From assembly GCA_964106915.2 (NCBI GenBank), contig OZ066918.1: a DNA stretch of 64,000 nt, one strand, 5' to 3'. Shown in pieces: positions 14,201 to 27,210 of this stretch. The notes under the pieces are model-generated. The model did no database searches. It had not been told where the DNA came from and saw nothing but the letters and a program-made list of their open reading frames with translations. A program made the position numbers and the translations under genes. The stretch is from Podarcis gaigeae. Its lineage: Eukaryota. Position 1 is the first letter of the stretch, and each line of letters starts with the position of its first letter.

Positions 14201-17200
14201 CAAAACCTGCTGACATCTGTAATCAATCAAGATGTGGTTTGTTTCAACCCCAGATCATTGTCCTGTGGTTCATGGGTACTGCCACTGTGCTGGCCCTGCA
14301 CCAGCAGTAGACTCACTCCGTCTGTGCTTGCAACATCAACAAACAATTTTAAAAAGGCACATAAACTCTATTCCAAGATTAAGAAGGAATCAAACACAAA
14401 AGTTAACTGATCTCTAAGGTCTTCTTAAAACCAGGTTTTTATTTGACATATAAAAGACAGAATTGGAACTAGGTGGTCTTCCCTGGGAGGAGCCTACTAT
14501 GCAGAGTTTGCTCCATGATTCAGAAGGCATCCTTGCTAAATTTCAGTTGATAGGGACACCTGGAGCACTCTCTTAGCTGATGATTATGACAGGACTGATC
14601 AGAAGCCTCTAGCACATAATATACATTTGCTCTACTCAATTTACAACTTCTGACTATAGGCACAACCCAAAGAGATTAGGCAGGGACATAGGCATCATTT
14701 GCTCTCATTCTGATCTGAATATTCTGTTATAAGACTGGACATTTTCCAAGCATAATTAAGAACTGGGGGAAATCAAAAGCAGGGGCTGTTAAGCTTCTTG
14801 GAATCTCATGGAAAAGATTTACTGCAAACAACCAAACATATGATTATGTTACATTAATTCCATGGTCATGATATCACAATGAGAACATATTATAAGTCAC
14901 TACAGATGCTCACATTATGATGTTCTATCATTGCCTTTATTTGCAAATTCTGAACGTTCCAACATTACTTTGTGTAAACAATGACGACGCTATTTCAAAT
15001 AGCAAACCAGAGCCAAACCAATTCCTAGAAACAAAGTCAACTACAGTACACTTACAATTTACACAGGGGTTATGTTCCAGCAATGACACATAAAGTCCAA
15101 ATTGCAAATAGCCAAAGCACATTGGGTGTTTATAGCCCTTGCAAGCCCTTACAGCTGAATGCACACAAGTTAAATGCACATCAATTGTGGGTCTACTGTA
15201 GTTCCAAAAGAACATGTCAGATTGAGTGTACAAAAACAGGGCTGTAGCTATGGGGGGCGGGAGCTAGCCGGGTATTTTGCCCCTAGTGAAGTCTCCAGAG
15301 GAGCACCACTGAGGCTTCCAGCCTGTGTGGCTGTGCGTGCAAATGCACACATGGTGGCGGGGGCGTGTCTTTGACCCAAGTGAAATAAAGCCTAGTTTTG
15401 GCATTGACAAATGAGCACCAGCTCATGTTCACACAGAACTGTCTGAACTCAGGAAGAATTTCTAAGCAATAGGAAAAGGTTGGAATCCTTTGATGATGTT
15501 TTACTTTCAACCAATTCCATTGCAATTCCATTTTGAAAGTCTCTTATCAGAACAAGCTCGGTGTATGTTGAGCAGCCAGTGACAGGAACTACATTCTCTT
15601 GACTACTTACGCCCCACTTAAATAGCTCAGTCCTGGTCCCTAAGGATCACTTGTCACATTAGGTAACCACAAATGCTTTCTAATACATAGGCACCCCACA
15701 ACTTGTCCCAGCAACCTTGATACACGTGCATTTATCATGGGCACTTGCCAAATTTCTTGTGAACACATGTAAAACATTCTCTATGTTTAGAGCAAGAGCC
15801 ATAGCTCCATGGTGCAACATTTGCTTTGCATGCAGAAAGACCTGGGTTAAATCCTTGGCATCTCCAGGTAGGTCTGGGAGAGACCAAAGTCCTACCCTGG
15901 GGAGCCTCTCCAAGTCATTCTAGGCAGGACTAACCAATATACCAAGTAAGATCACTTAGCCATAAGAAGCTTCCTATGCACACCTTTAAAATAATGTGTG
16001 ATGTGGCCTAAAAGCAGTCTAAGAAGGAAAGTTGTAAAGGTTTGCTTATTTTTTTAAGTTCACTTTGGCAAATCTCCGTCTAGAATAATCTCTAGTCAAT
16101 GAAAATGCCCCACTAGCATGTCCTCCTCATCTGAATTTGCTGCACACATGGAACAGACAAGAGAACATTCTCAGTCAATATTGCAGTCCTGAAGGAATAT
16201 AAGGAGGAAGATTATCTTTTTGAGTATGCACATATGTTGCCAAGCAGGATCACTGATGCAAAGAGAAGAGCGAAGACCAATATTAATCTTCTTTAAATGA
16301 AATCCACGTGGTCACAAATTTTGACAGGTTATGTTAGACACAGTGGTACAATATATTTTTGAAAGCTGAAACATCAATATTTTTTAAAGAGTGTAAAAGC
16401 AGAAGCAAAAAGCCGAATAAAGAGAAACCCAAAAGCAAGTTGTATATCTACTGCTTATGCAGCATAATAACACTTTTACATATTCTCTTTTCACACTTCA
16501 GGCAAATGGTTGTTTTTGCATTTTTTTTTGTTATCCCCCCCCCCTTTGCAAAATGATTTTTCTGCCTCATTTTTCAAAGAGGGTATGGTTGCTGTTCTCC
16601 TGCACAGAAGAAGGATCACAGAAGAAGCATCACGCATGACAAGATTCTGGTTAGCAATGTTTAAATTCAATATATTATTTTAGATATTCTACCAACATAA
16701 ATCTCTGTTTTCTTTACACTGTAAATCTTATCGGTGTTCTTTTCATAGAATTCGAGATCTGATGAAGCAGTCCAGTGGCAAACTGGGCCAGCCATTTGGA
16801 AAGGCTGCATAAGGTCCATGGTTCAATCTCTGGCATCTCCAGATGAGGCTGGGAATGTTTCCTGTCTAAAATCCTGGAGAGAAGTGAAGACAAGACTCAG
16901 TTAGATGGACCAATGGTCTAACTTATTATAAGGCCACATCCTAAGTTATGATGGAGCAGGCCCCAAGCAGCAGCCAGAGCACCAAAGGGGAGAACCCAGA
17001 CAGATGGCACAAGCCCACACAGTGCTAGACTCCCTGACCCAGACTCTGCAGAAGAATCTTGGGCTTCCTTGTCATAAAAGTCATGTTTTCCAGGCTGTAC
17101 TCCCCAATGCAGGCAATGCACTTGCTGGGAGCAGATGGAAAGAAAATGCTCAGCTTCAGACCCAAGAGCTGTCCCTTTAGGTTCTCCACTTTGAGTCACA

Positions 17201-17405
17201 GGGTATGGCTCTTGATAGGGCTCTACTGGAACTGAGACGCCAATGGAACAAGTGATCAGCTTCCAGTGATCTGTCCAGGGTCCTGACAGCTCTGTATTTT
17301 CACTGCCCTTGCTTCATGTGCCTTCCTCTGGATTTGTAATCTGAGATCGGATCACAGATATGTCCCTACATGCCTGCCAGTTTCTGTGCACCTCATCTGC
17401 ATAGG

Positions 17406-17653
17406 TAAAGGTAAAGGTACCCCTGCCCTTACGGGCCAGTCTTGACAGACTCTAGGGTTGTGCGCTCATCTCACTCTATAGGCCGGGAGCCAGCGCTGTC
17501 CACAGACACTTCCGGGTCACGTGGCCAGCATGACAAGCTGCATCTGGTGAGCCAGCGCAGCATACGGAACACTGTTTACCTTCCCGCTGGTAAGCGGTCC
17601 CTATTTATCTACTTGCACCCAGGGGTGCTTTCGAACTGCTAGGTTGGCAGGCG
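17406..17653 (-). mobile_element. 5'-truncated Sauria SINE
   Basis: Reverse complement of the 3' part of the 47.3 kb copy. 12-bp TSD catctgcatagg at 17394-17405 and 17654-17665. Confidence 0.9.
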
Positions 17654-18830
17654 CATCTGCATAGGAGTAGCCAATAAATGTGTGGTATGCCTCCCACTGG
17701 CTCTGCTTCCTTGTACATAACAGAAGTCTGTTCCAGCTCAGCTATCCTTAACTGAAATACCGAAAACAAGCTAGAATGTTATGCTCTACTAATGGGCTAT
17801 GTTCCAATGACAATCACAAATGAATATGTACCTAAAGACATCAGCGAATAATTTCCTATTACTCTCATCTGAGAGCAGGAGCAGTCCACAATTGTGGTGC
17901 CATAATTGAAAACACTTTCTCTTGAGTATCCACGTGCTGTATCTGTGGCATCATGTGAAGAGCATCCCCTGATGATCTCAAAGTCCAGGTAGGCATGTAA
18001 GGGAGCAGGCAGTTTTCCCTTGGTCCTGAGCCATTTTAGGATATATATTAAAACACTTTAAATCTGATTCAGCAGCATATCAGAAGCCAGTAATACAATA
18101 CAGTAATACAAAGAAGAGCCACTCCCTCTGACAACTGAACTATGATGCTCTATAGATATAAAAAAATGGCTTTAATTCAAATTAAATAATCAGTAAATAT
18201 TGTCTGTTAAACTGCTTGTATATACACAAGGTAACAGGTCTTCATGAAATAGTAGCAGTAAGTACATATGTCAAAGCCAATGATATGTAGAACCTCATGG
18301 TGCTCTTCTCTACACTTGAAATTATTCCACATAAATTGCTTATAAACTTTTTTTGTAATAGCTCAGACCATTGTATACAAGGGCTGTATCCAACATTAGT
18401 GATACTCAAAGTAGACTCACTGAAATTAATGGACATGACCAACCTAGATCCATTCATTTCTAGGTAGAACGTAGTTGGACACAACGTTGTGAGCCAGATT
18501 CAACTAAATAGCTGTGCTTCCAGGAACCAACGCAAGGCCCACAGTGCAATGGGGCCTTATTCCTCTCTTCCCCCTATGTCACCCCCCCCCAATCAGTTCT
18601 GGCTTGGTGGTCAGGAGAACCCCCAGAGCAGTGCACACTGGGAAGAAAGGTGAAATCATTTCATCAGGCAAGCAGAAATGCTTGCACAGAGTGATCTCCT
18701 TAGTGCAGCCTTGAATGTGTTTAGGGCAGTACTTGACTAAACAGTTACACTAATGCAATGACTTTTAGCTGCACAATGTAACTTCCCCACCCTGTCCTCT
18801 CCCTATGTGCCCTCTAAATATGCTCCAAGG

Positions 18831-18966
18831 CAGGCATAGGCAAACTCGGCCCTCCAGATGTTTTGGGACTACAACTCCCATCATCCCTGACCACTGTTTC
18901 TGTTAGCTAGGGATGATGGGAGTTGTAGTCCCAAAATGTCTGGAGGGCCGAGCTTGCCTATGCCTG
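18831..18966. mobile_element. Second copy of the 136-bp palindromic hAT MITE
   Basis: Near-identical to 11065-11200. TIR caggcataggcaa. 8-bp TSD ctccaagg / ctccaggg. Confidence 0.9.
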
Positions 18967-21900
18967 CTCCAGGGTTTCTCCCCAACCAAGAGGGCTAAGG
19001 GAGGAGTGGGTGGAGAAGTTACAATGGGAGGAGGAGTCATAATGCACAGCTTAAAATTAGTTGAACACTGCCCTTCATTTTTAACTTCCACATTCAGTTT
19101 TGACATTCAGTTTCAATGGTATAGGAACCATTAGTCCATTTAAAAAATATGATTTAGATTTTTTTTCAGGACAAAAAAAACTTTATATTACTGTATTCCT
19201 ATTAACTGAATACCATTGCTAATACACCCTAAAATTTATGCCTCAATTCAGCAATGTTCTCTGCTATGCAAATTTATTTAAAGGAGGAAAATATATTGCT
19301 AAAAAGCATCATTATTGGCACAGGGTTAGGTTCTGAGCCTATTCAAATTATATAACCACTGCTGTGCAGAATTCTGGAATGGATTGTCTGCATCCAATTG
19401 ATCATTTAACCTGATTTTCCTTTTGGCATAAATGAGATTCCCAATAAGCTTATTGTTACTAACCTTTTTACATTATCTTTTCGCATTATCACTGTTCTGT
19501 ACCTGAAGTAATGTCATAACACACACACAGACAATCACAGTATTATTGCTGTGCATTAGTTAACAATGATGTTATTAAGTGCTCATCCACAGCTAAGCTT
19601 TATTTAATGTTGAATCCTATGGTACTTAATATTTAGGTTGAGCTAGAGATGTAAACTGATCATGGCACACAAAACCTCATTGCTACACTCAAAATGATTT
19701 GTCACCTTCCAAGCAGGCCATTTCTACTTATTGAAAATCAGCCCAGCAGCAGACTTCTATAAGATAAGTTTCCAGTTGCAAACACATATTTGTTTGCTAT
19801 TTCAGAAGAGCAGAAAGTTTTTAAATTAGCATGGAAACTGGGTTATCTCAAAATAACCTTCTCTTCTTGTGCCATTTCATACCCTCCCCCAGATAAGCTT
19901 GAAGCATTTTGCTTGGTCAACATTACAATGCTTATTCTTTTGCTGTCTATTCTGAAAGAGTTTGTTGGATTCAAAGTGAGTTTGGAGTGAAGGGCTGTCA
20001 ACTTGCTTGTAATAAATTCAGCATAAGAGACAACAAGTCTTCATGTTGAGCCCACAGTCAACTTGAGTGAAATCTGCCATAACTAGAGGAAAGATGTTGT
20101 GATAGTAAGCCAATAGCTCTCATAATACAAAGGGCTTTGGATGCCTGCCTCTCACTATGATAAGTGACAGACTGATGTTGTAAAATAAAAATATGCACAT
20201 CACAGCATCTCACATCTCAAAAATCAGATCTGGCTGCTAAATTCTTGCACTGGCTAATATAACAAGCCTTTCTTGAGAAATATGTGGTTGTGTGCAGACC
20301 ACAGCCACCACTAGCTTATGAGTCCACCTTCATCTATAAACAGGCAAAGTTAAAAATTAATATGAAAGCCAGAATCAGTATTTTCAGATTGTGGTGAGCA
20401 TTCTGGAATCCTAGAGCTGCTGATATCCAGTCACTAGGCTACAGAATAAATATACTGTATTTTAGAAGTTACTGTAGGCTAAAAAGATAATGCAGAAAGT
20501 ATCACTGTTCAATAGACCTTAGAAAAAGTATTTCTAGATTTTGCACAGAATCTTTTAAATTCCCATTAATGTGTTTTAATAACACCTTCTAAAATAGCAA
20601 ATAAAAGCATGCTGCTGCTGCTATTTAATAATTGATAACACTGTGGACTTCAGAAAAATAATAAGCAAGTTACTAAATCAATGATGTAAAAACCCAGTAT
20701 GTGAATGTAGCTCTTGATACAAAACTCTGCAGGGGACACAAAATTCAGATCTATACATTAACAAAGCTTTCAAAGAGTGTATGATAACCAGGGCAATGAG
20801 GCAAACAGGAAGCAAACAGGATGTTGGTTTTCAGTTTGGAAAATGGGTGCAAACTGCTACTCAGGTATAATGCTATTAGCTAATCTTTTTAGTCTAAACC
20901 TCAGTTTCACAACTGTAAAAGTGAAAAGGGGTAGGCACCATCCATATATTGCCATGTTACAAGGTAGAGGGTTGTAAACTTCTGACAAACAAAGCCATTG
21001 GTTAAAATGGGGCAAAACGTGACAAGGAGATAGAGTTGGGTGGTTTTAAAGCCTTTAGTGTGACACATTTCATGGATTGTTTTGAAAAATTAATGCCATT
21101 TCACAGAACTGTGAAAATAACTGAGGTTGCTCTTCCTGAGGGTAAATATGAGGAGATAGGCAGAGGGAAAGGAGGGAAACCTAGAGACAGAGACTATGAT
21201 GATATAAGTCTGGAAACAAGACTGGTAAAGGAGGCTGAGTTGTAGCTAGGTGATCTTGTGCCCCTGACAGAACCGTCCAAATTGCACCCCATAGCCATGG
21301 ACAAATTACCTCTTCTTTCCGCCTCTCCTCCAACCCCCCTCCACCCATTCAATTCCTCACACACTTCAATTCCTCATGAACTAATCAATATTTTTATTTA
21401 TAAACATATTTATGAACATATTTTTAGCCAATTCCCCCCACACACACCTGCACCCCTGGCAGAGGCTTTCCTCACCATCCCCTACCTACTCCCCTGGAAG
21501 GAATACTAAGGACTCAGAGTCTTCTGATTATTAGATTAGAAAAAGAGATTACTGCTGAGTTGTTTCCGCACAAACTGTGTAGAAAAAGCATAGGAAGAGA
21601 ACGAACTAATATATTGCTGGACCCATTCAGGCCCACTGCTGAACTGTTCAGTAACAGAAGCCTGTTTAAACACTTACCCCCTCTGCTTCACCTATGTGCC
21701 CCCTAAATCTGTTCTAGGGGTTCCCTCAGCCCTGCAGAACAGATTTGGGGATGGGGTGGGAGCGGGAGAGGGGGGTTGTGTTGTGCCAGCAGTAAATCCT
21801 GTACTGATGAGATGAGTTAGTAGAATACCACCCCTTGAATCCAGTTCTTTTACCTCACTCAGCTATCTGTTGTTGATAGAGCCTGGCAGAAGAGGGAGCG

Positions 21901-24398
21901 TGCTTTAAATGTTGGTGCACCCTTCTTATCCTCTTCTTGCAGCAACTGATTGCTAACTGCTGGATCCTTGCCCAGGTAGAAGAGCTCCTCTTCCAAAAGG
22001 TAGCAAACAAAGCACAAGTCATCTTTCTTGAAACCTATTATTGCACTGACCACCGTATGTGAACTAAGAGAACCTATATACCATTTTCATAAAATAGATT
22101 GGTTTGACATAAAATAAAAAATCCTTTCACATAGCCCAAAGTGAGGCTGCAGAAGTGTTGTGGGAATGCTTTCATTATATGTATACTCTCAAACGCCGCA
22201 GAAAAACCTCTGTCAATGTGGCCTTCTGCTGGAAGAAGAATAACAGCAACTGCCCAGTTTGGTTTGAGCAACAATCATTCACACCTGTCTTGGCAATCAC
22301 CACCTTAGCTAGGAAATTAGAGCCCTGAAACTCTAGGGAAAATGAGAGAAGATGAGACTCATGAACCATTCTAGCAAACAATGTGCCAATAATCGGCATA
22401 CCTAGAAAGTAAATAAGCTTCAGCTTAAATTTTGAACTTGGGCTTTTTATTATGGTTTCAAGCAGCACAGTTCTGTTCTTCTTAAAAGTAAATCACTAGA
22501 CTCCTGAGTTTATTTTATTCAGTCTTCTGAAAGCACTGTAGTGACAATCTAAAACTAAGTCAGAAGTGCTTTCAGTGGGCTTGAACATTGTGTTAGAGAG
22601 TATAGTGTATGTGCTCAAGGGAATTCCTTGGGTATGTGAAAGCCACACAATATTACAAACTATCATCTTGAAAGTGATACTTAAAAATGACATTAGGAGA
22701 CATGGAGAACTATATTTAGAAACGACTGAGCGTGAACTGGCACTGTGCTAAACTAACACACGTTGCACCAAGGCTAACTAAATATCAGGTTTTATATTTA
22801 GCACCGCACCACATTAGAAAAGTATACTGATTACAATGTACCGTATTTTACAAGGTTGTGGGGGGGTTTTTTACATTCTTTATTGGTGACAATGTGGCCA
22901 CCATTTTGTCTAGCTTGTAGAAAACACTGCTGTTATGATAGCTGCTAAACAAATCATTACATTTAAAAGAATCAAATAAAATGATGAAATATATCATTCG
23001 GGTCAGTCGTGCATCATGAAGAGACTAAAATGAAGAGCTCCAGCGTAACATCCCAATTTTAGCTCCTTGTGAAGTAGAAACTGTTGCTACTCTGTCCCAC
23101 AACCAAGCCCAACCCATTGATGAGACAAGGTGAGGTGCTCAGCTAGAGTGCTGGAAGACCAAGGGGCAGCAACTTTCTTGCCTCTGCCGCACACCCTGCT
23201 GCCTCCATCACCAGCAGAGAAGTGGCAGCAGCACTGTTTCCAGTGAAATCTCATTCTGGTGAGATTTTCGTTTCAAGCGGCAAAATGGGGAGCACCACCC
23301 CTGCCCCTGGCACACAGGTTATTACATTTTTAAATACCAATGATAGATAGATGATAGATTGATAGATTTGGAAGCCTTTTTGTAGCAATTAAATATACCC
23401 TAAAGGAACTGGGAGAGGCCACTCGCTGCAAACTAATCATAAACTTCAGTAAGGTCCCTATTTATGTTACCTATGCTAGAAATCATAAACTCTTCGCTGG
23501 AGTCGGCAAAAATGTAGCCGTCCAGATCCTGTTAGACTACCATAATCCCCCATCATTGGCCTTGCTGGCTGTAGCTGATGAGAGTCACAGAAAAGTCACA
23601 GATTCCCTCTCCTGGTTCGACACAGTCAATGGGAATTTTACTTGCTCTGTGAATTTCTACATTAATGAGGAGGGCTCTGCCCGCCCCCTTGTTCCACTCA
23701 CCAGCTCCCGGACAGCTCCACTTGAATTTGCTCTGTTCCAGTGAATCAGGAATGATTCGGATAGAGTGGGGGCACAGCCAGGACTAGGACCAATGAGTTG
23801 GCTGGATGGGAAGCAGGTTCTGTCACTCATTTCTGGCTACTGACAAAGGATTCCTTCCTCACCTCTGCTCACTTCCCAGCCTCTGGGTGATGTGGATTTC
23901 TTCTCCCTCCCCTTCTCAGCTCTACCTTCCCAAGGTGACAACAATCTAGACCCTGCTCTGCCCCAGCATTAGGAGCTCCAGAAATGGTGTAATGACTATC
24001 TAGCGCATACTGTATATACAGTGCATATGTACAGGAGTAGTCAACCTTTTTATACCTACAGCCCACTAATGCATCTTTCTTGATGATAAGATTTCCTTAC
24101 TGCCCACCAGTGCTGCAGTAACATGTGCCATAGAACCCCCTACTGCCAACCTGGAATCCTGAAATGCCTACTAGTGGGCAGCAGGGAACAGGTTGACTAC
24201 CCCTGGTACAGTACATATAACTAAACTCCAGGTGCACTGAAACATTCCATGCTTGTACAGCAATGATAATTGTCAATGTTTTCAGATTTCTGTATTGTTG
24301 CGGCATGGAAAAAGTCAACTTTCACAAGCAACTTTGAAGTTAATATTTGAATTTCCTGGATCTGTGAGTTCTGTTTTAAGTTGTTTCTTCTTCATTTT

Positions 24399-24589
24399 CA
24401 AAACAAAAAAAAATCCTTCCAGTAGCACCTTAAAGACCAACTAAGTTAGTTCTTGGTGTGTATCTGAAGAAGTGTGCATGCACACGAAAGCTCATACCAA
24501 GAACTAACTTAGTTGGTCTTTAAGGTGCTACTGGAAGGAATTTTTTTTGTTTTGACTATGGCAGACCAACACGGCTACCTATCTGTAAC
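24399..24589 (+). mobile_element. Short non-autonomous Penelope-like element remnant (inverted pseudo-LTR configuration)
   Basis: 13-bp TSD tcttcttcatttt at 24386-24398 and 24590-24602. 60-bp inverted repeat 24398-24457 vs 24496-24555 with 1 mismatch. The tail (ggtctttaaggtgcta...gaccaacacggctacc) resembles reptile Penelope pLTR ends as I recall them. Confidence 0.8.
24460..24497 (+). ncRNA. Minimal type I hammerhead ribozyme motif
   Basis: gtat (stem I), CTGAAGA (24464-70), A, GTGTGcatgCACAC (stem II, 24472-85), GAAA (24486-89), GC, TC (UH; predicted cleavage after 24493), atac (stem I). Stem III is reduced to the palindrome AGCT. Confidence 0.75.
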
Positions 24590-24667
24590 TCTTCTTCATT
24601 TTGCACAGGATAATAATAATGTTCAGAAGTACATTTCCATGCAAACTGAAAGTCATTCTTAGCGTTA

Positions 24668-24909
24668 CAGTGGTACCTTGGGTTAAGTACTTAATTCGTT
24701 CCGGAGGTCCGTTCTTAACCTGAAACTGTTCTTAACCTGAAGCACCACTTTGGCTAATGGGGCCTCCTGCTGCCGCCACGCCACCAGAGCACAATTTCTG
24801 TTCTCATCCTGAAGCAAAGTTCTTAACCCAAGGTAATATTTCTGGGTTAGCTGAGTCTGTAACCTGAAGCATATGTAACCTGAAGCGTATGTAACCTGAG
24901 GTACCACTG
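24668..24909. mobile_element. Tc1/mariner (Tigger-like) MITE
   Basis: TA then TIR cagtggtacct...aggtaccactg. Homologous to 63597-63811. Confidence 0.85.
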
Positions 24910-26889
24910 AAATCACCTTAAATGTTAAGCCATATTCTTTCACTACTGAGAGTTATGCTCGAAATATACTGCACAGTCCTTTCTTAAACTCAAGTCAGTT
25001 TGAGTGGAGTTCAGATAGAAAGTGCCACTGTGATCAAGGTTGTGTGTAAAACTGCTGCACAGAAAGCATTATACAGATCTAATGCCATCTTGCTGGATCT
25101 TGATATTTAACAAGAGCGCAGTTATCCTGACAGATCTTCTCTCCCTTTCATTCTTACGGTGTGAATAGCAAGAACCATGCAGGTGGCCCTTCTCAAACAG
25201 TTGGAGTTCCTTCAGGAGATAATGAATGCTGCTGACCTGATCTATTTAAGATAAAATGGGAGCCTTTCAGCCATCACCAGTAGCCTTCTTTTTTCTGACC
25301 TCAAAAGCATCCAGTGTATCCCTCAGCATCCTGTAGCCATTCTCCCTTTTGCTGAAAAAATGTCTTTCCTGTTCATAGCAGATTAAACCTGGAGGAACAG
25401 AGTGGGGGAGAGTGGCCTGTCAAATGCACATCTGAAAGAATATTCCTCCAGAAATCTAGCAGCTGACAGAACCATATGAAAAGTGAGGAAATGCAGCCCA
25501 AGAAAACACACAGGTGGGCTTTAACCACCACAATGGTGAGGCTACATGAAATGCCATAGCTGCAAACTCTGCTGGCTGCTTGCTGATAAAATATTGAGCT
25601 TGTTTACCTATTCCAGGCTGTCTGCCACTTCTCCAGCACAGCATTGCTGATCTGTGTCGCATGCAAGAGCAGGTCTGTGCTCACGCTCTATTCCCAGGAA
25701 GACAGAATCAAAGGCACCATTTTCCCAGCCTTCCTATGTATATAGAGCTTGTTGATTCCATTGATTTTGTGTCAGTTTTTGTGGGGTTCTAATTTAATTG
25801 ATAGTCTTGTAGTTCAGCCCTGGTTTAAAATGGTTCAATCAACTGCTTGCAACATTTATGTCTCTCTGAAATAATTGGCTTCAACATATAAGACCAGAAC
25901 ATTTGAACAAAGCATGAAGATTACCTGCCATAAAAAAGAATTAGAAGAACCTAAGATGGTGGTTTCGGGCAGCTTGTAATAATAATAGTAACAACAACAC
26001 CAAGCATTTATTTAAGAGTTCTCAAGTGTTCAGCTCTGCTTCATATCTCAGGTCTCCTTGGAAATGCCCTTATTTCACAAAGAGATGCTATAAAGTTTGA
26101 GGAGGTTTTCTCATGTAACCTAAGTCCCACAGGCCAAACTCAGAAGTGCAGAGACGTTATTGCCATTAATTTTAGCCTGGTTGCTAGGGTTTTACAGATT
26201 TTGAGGTAATACCACCAGGGAAAATAACATGCTTTTTAAATACTGACATATTAGCTTTAATTTTCAGATGCTGCCTTGGTGTTACAGGATCAACTACACA
26301 AGTATTTGCTTCAGCAATGAATAGATCTCCAAGCTATTTGGATGCTCAGATAGTCCTTTTCTTTTTATTTAAATAATGGATATGTTGTGTATTGACATGG
26401 GAAGCACTGTGTTCATTTAACAAACAACTTAATTAGTATTTTAGGAGTTTTGTGCCATTTGCAAATGAAGACTACAATAATAAAGACTACAGTTAATAAT
26501 GAGCCAGGTCTATCCATTTCAACTGACACAGATCTGAAGTCTAAACTGGTCTCTTTTGAGATTTTCCGTGAACTCTGTCAGTTAAACAGTCTTATCTTAA
26601 GATTTGTTGAGCCACAAAACATTTATTTCTTTATGATTGCAGAGTCTACTCCACAGTTGCTCATGCATTTCAATATGTGGGCCGCTTGGGTGTGCACAGA
26701 AAAATGAATTCACTTTCTTCAGTGCTTCAGAGAGGGGTCCATTTCACTTGAGGCAAGATGTGCCTTGCTTCAGATAAGAAGCAGAACCTCACTTCAGTTT
26801 TCCCAAACCCCTTTGACTGCAATGGACAAATCAACCAATAGTATTTTTTTTATTGCTTGGGAGAATCTGATGGGATTTTATTTGAGGCA

Positions 26890-27210
26890 TAGTATCCCCT
26901 TCTGAACATATGGAGCCTACTGAAGCTTGTTTTCTCCTGCTCAGGAAGGTAGGACCCAGAGCAGTGGCTTCAAGTTAAAGAAAGGGGATTTTGACTAAAC
27001 ATCAGGAAGAACTTTCTGACAGTAAGAGCTGTTTGACACTGGAATGGACTCCCTCAGAAAAGTGGTGGCCTCTCTCTCATGTGGAGGTTTTTAAGCACAG
27101 GTTGGATGGACATTTGCCATGGATGCTTTAGTTGCAATTCCTGAATTTCAGGGGGTTGGATTAAATGATCCTCAGGGTCCCTTCCAACTCTAAAATTCTA
27201 TGACTCCATG
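26890..27210 (+). mobile_element. CR1 LINE 3' end; a shorter copy lies at ~7575-7682
   Basis: aggaagaactttctgacagtaagagctgtt...ggaggtttttaagca...ggtcccttccaactctaaaattctatga. Confidence 0.8.

Noticed and set aside
23700-23720. REST/NRSE-like ccagctcccggacagctcc
   Set aside because: Half-site spacing is off by one and the left half is mismatched.
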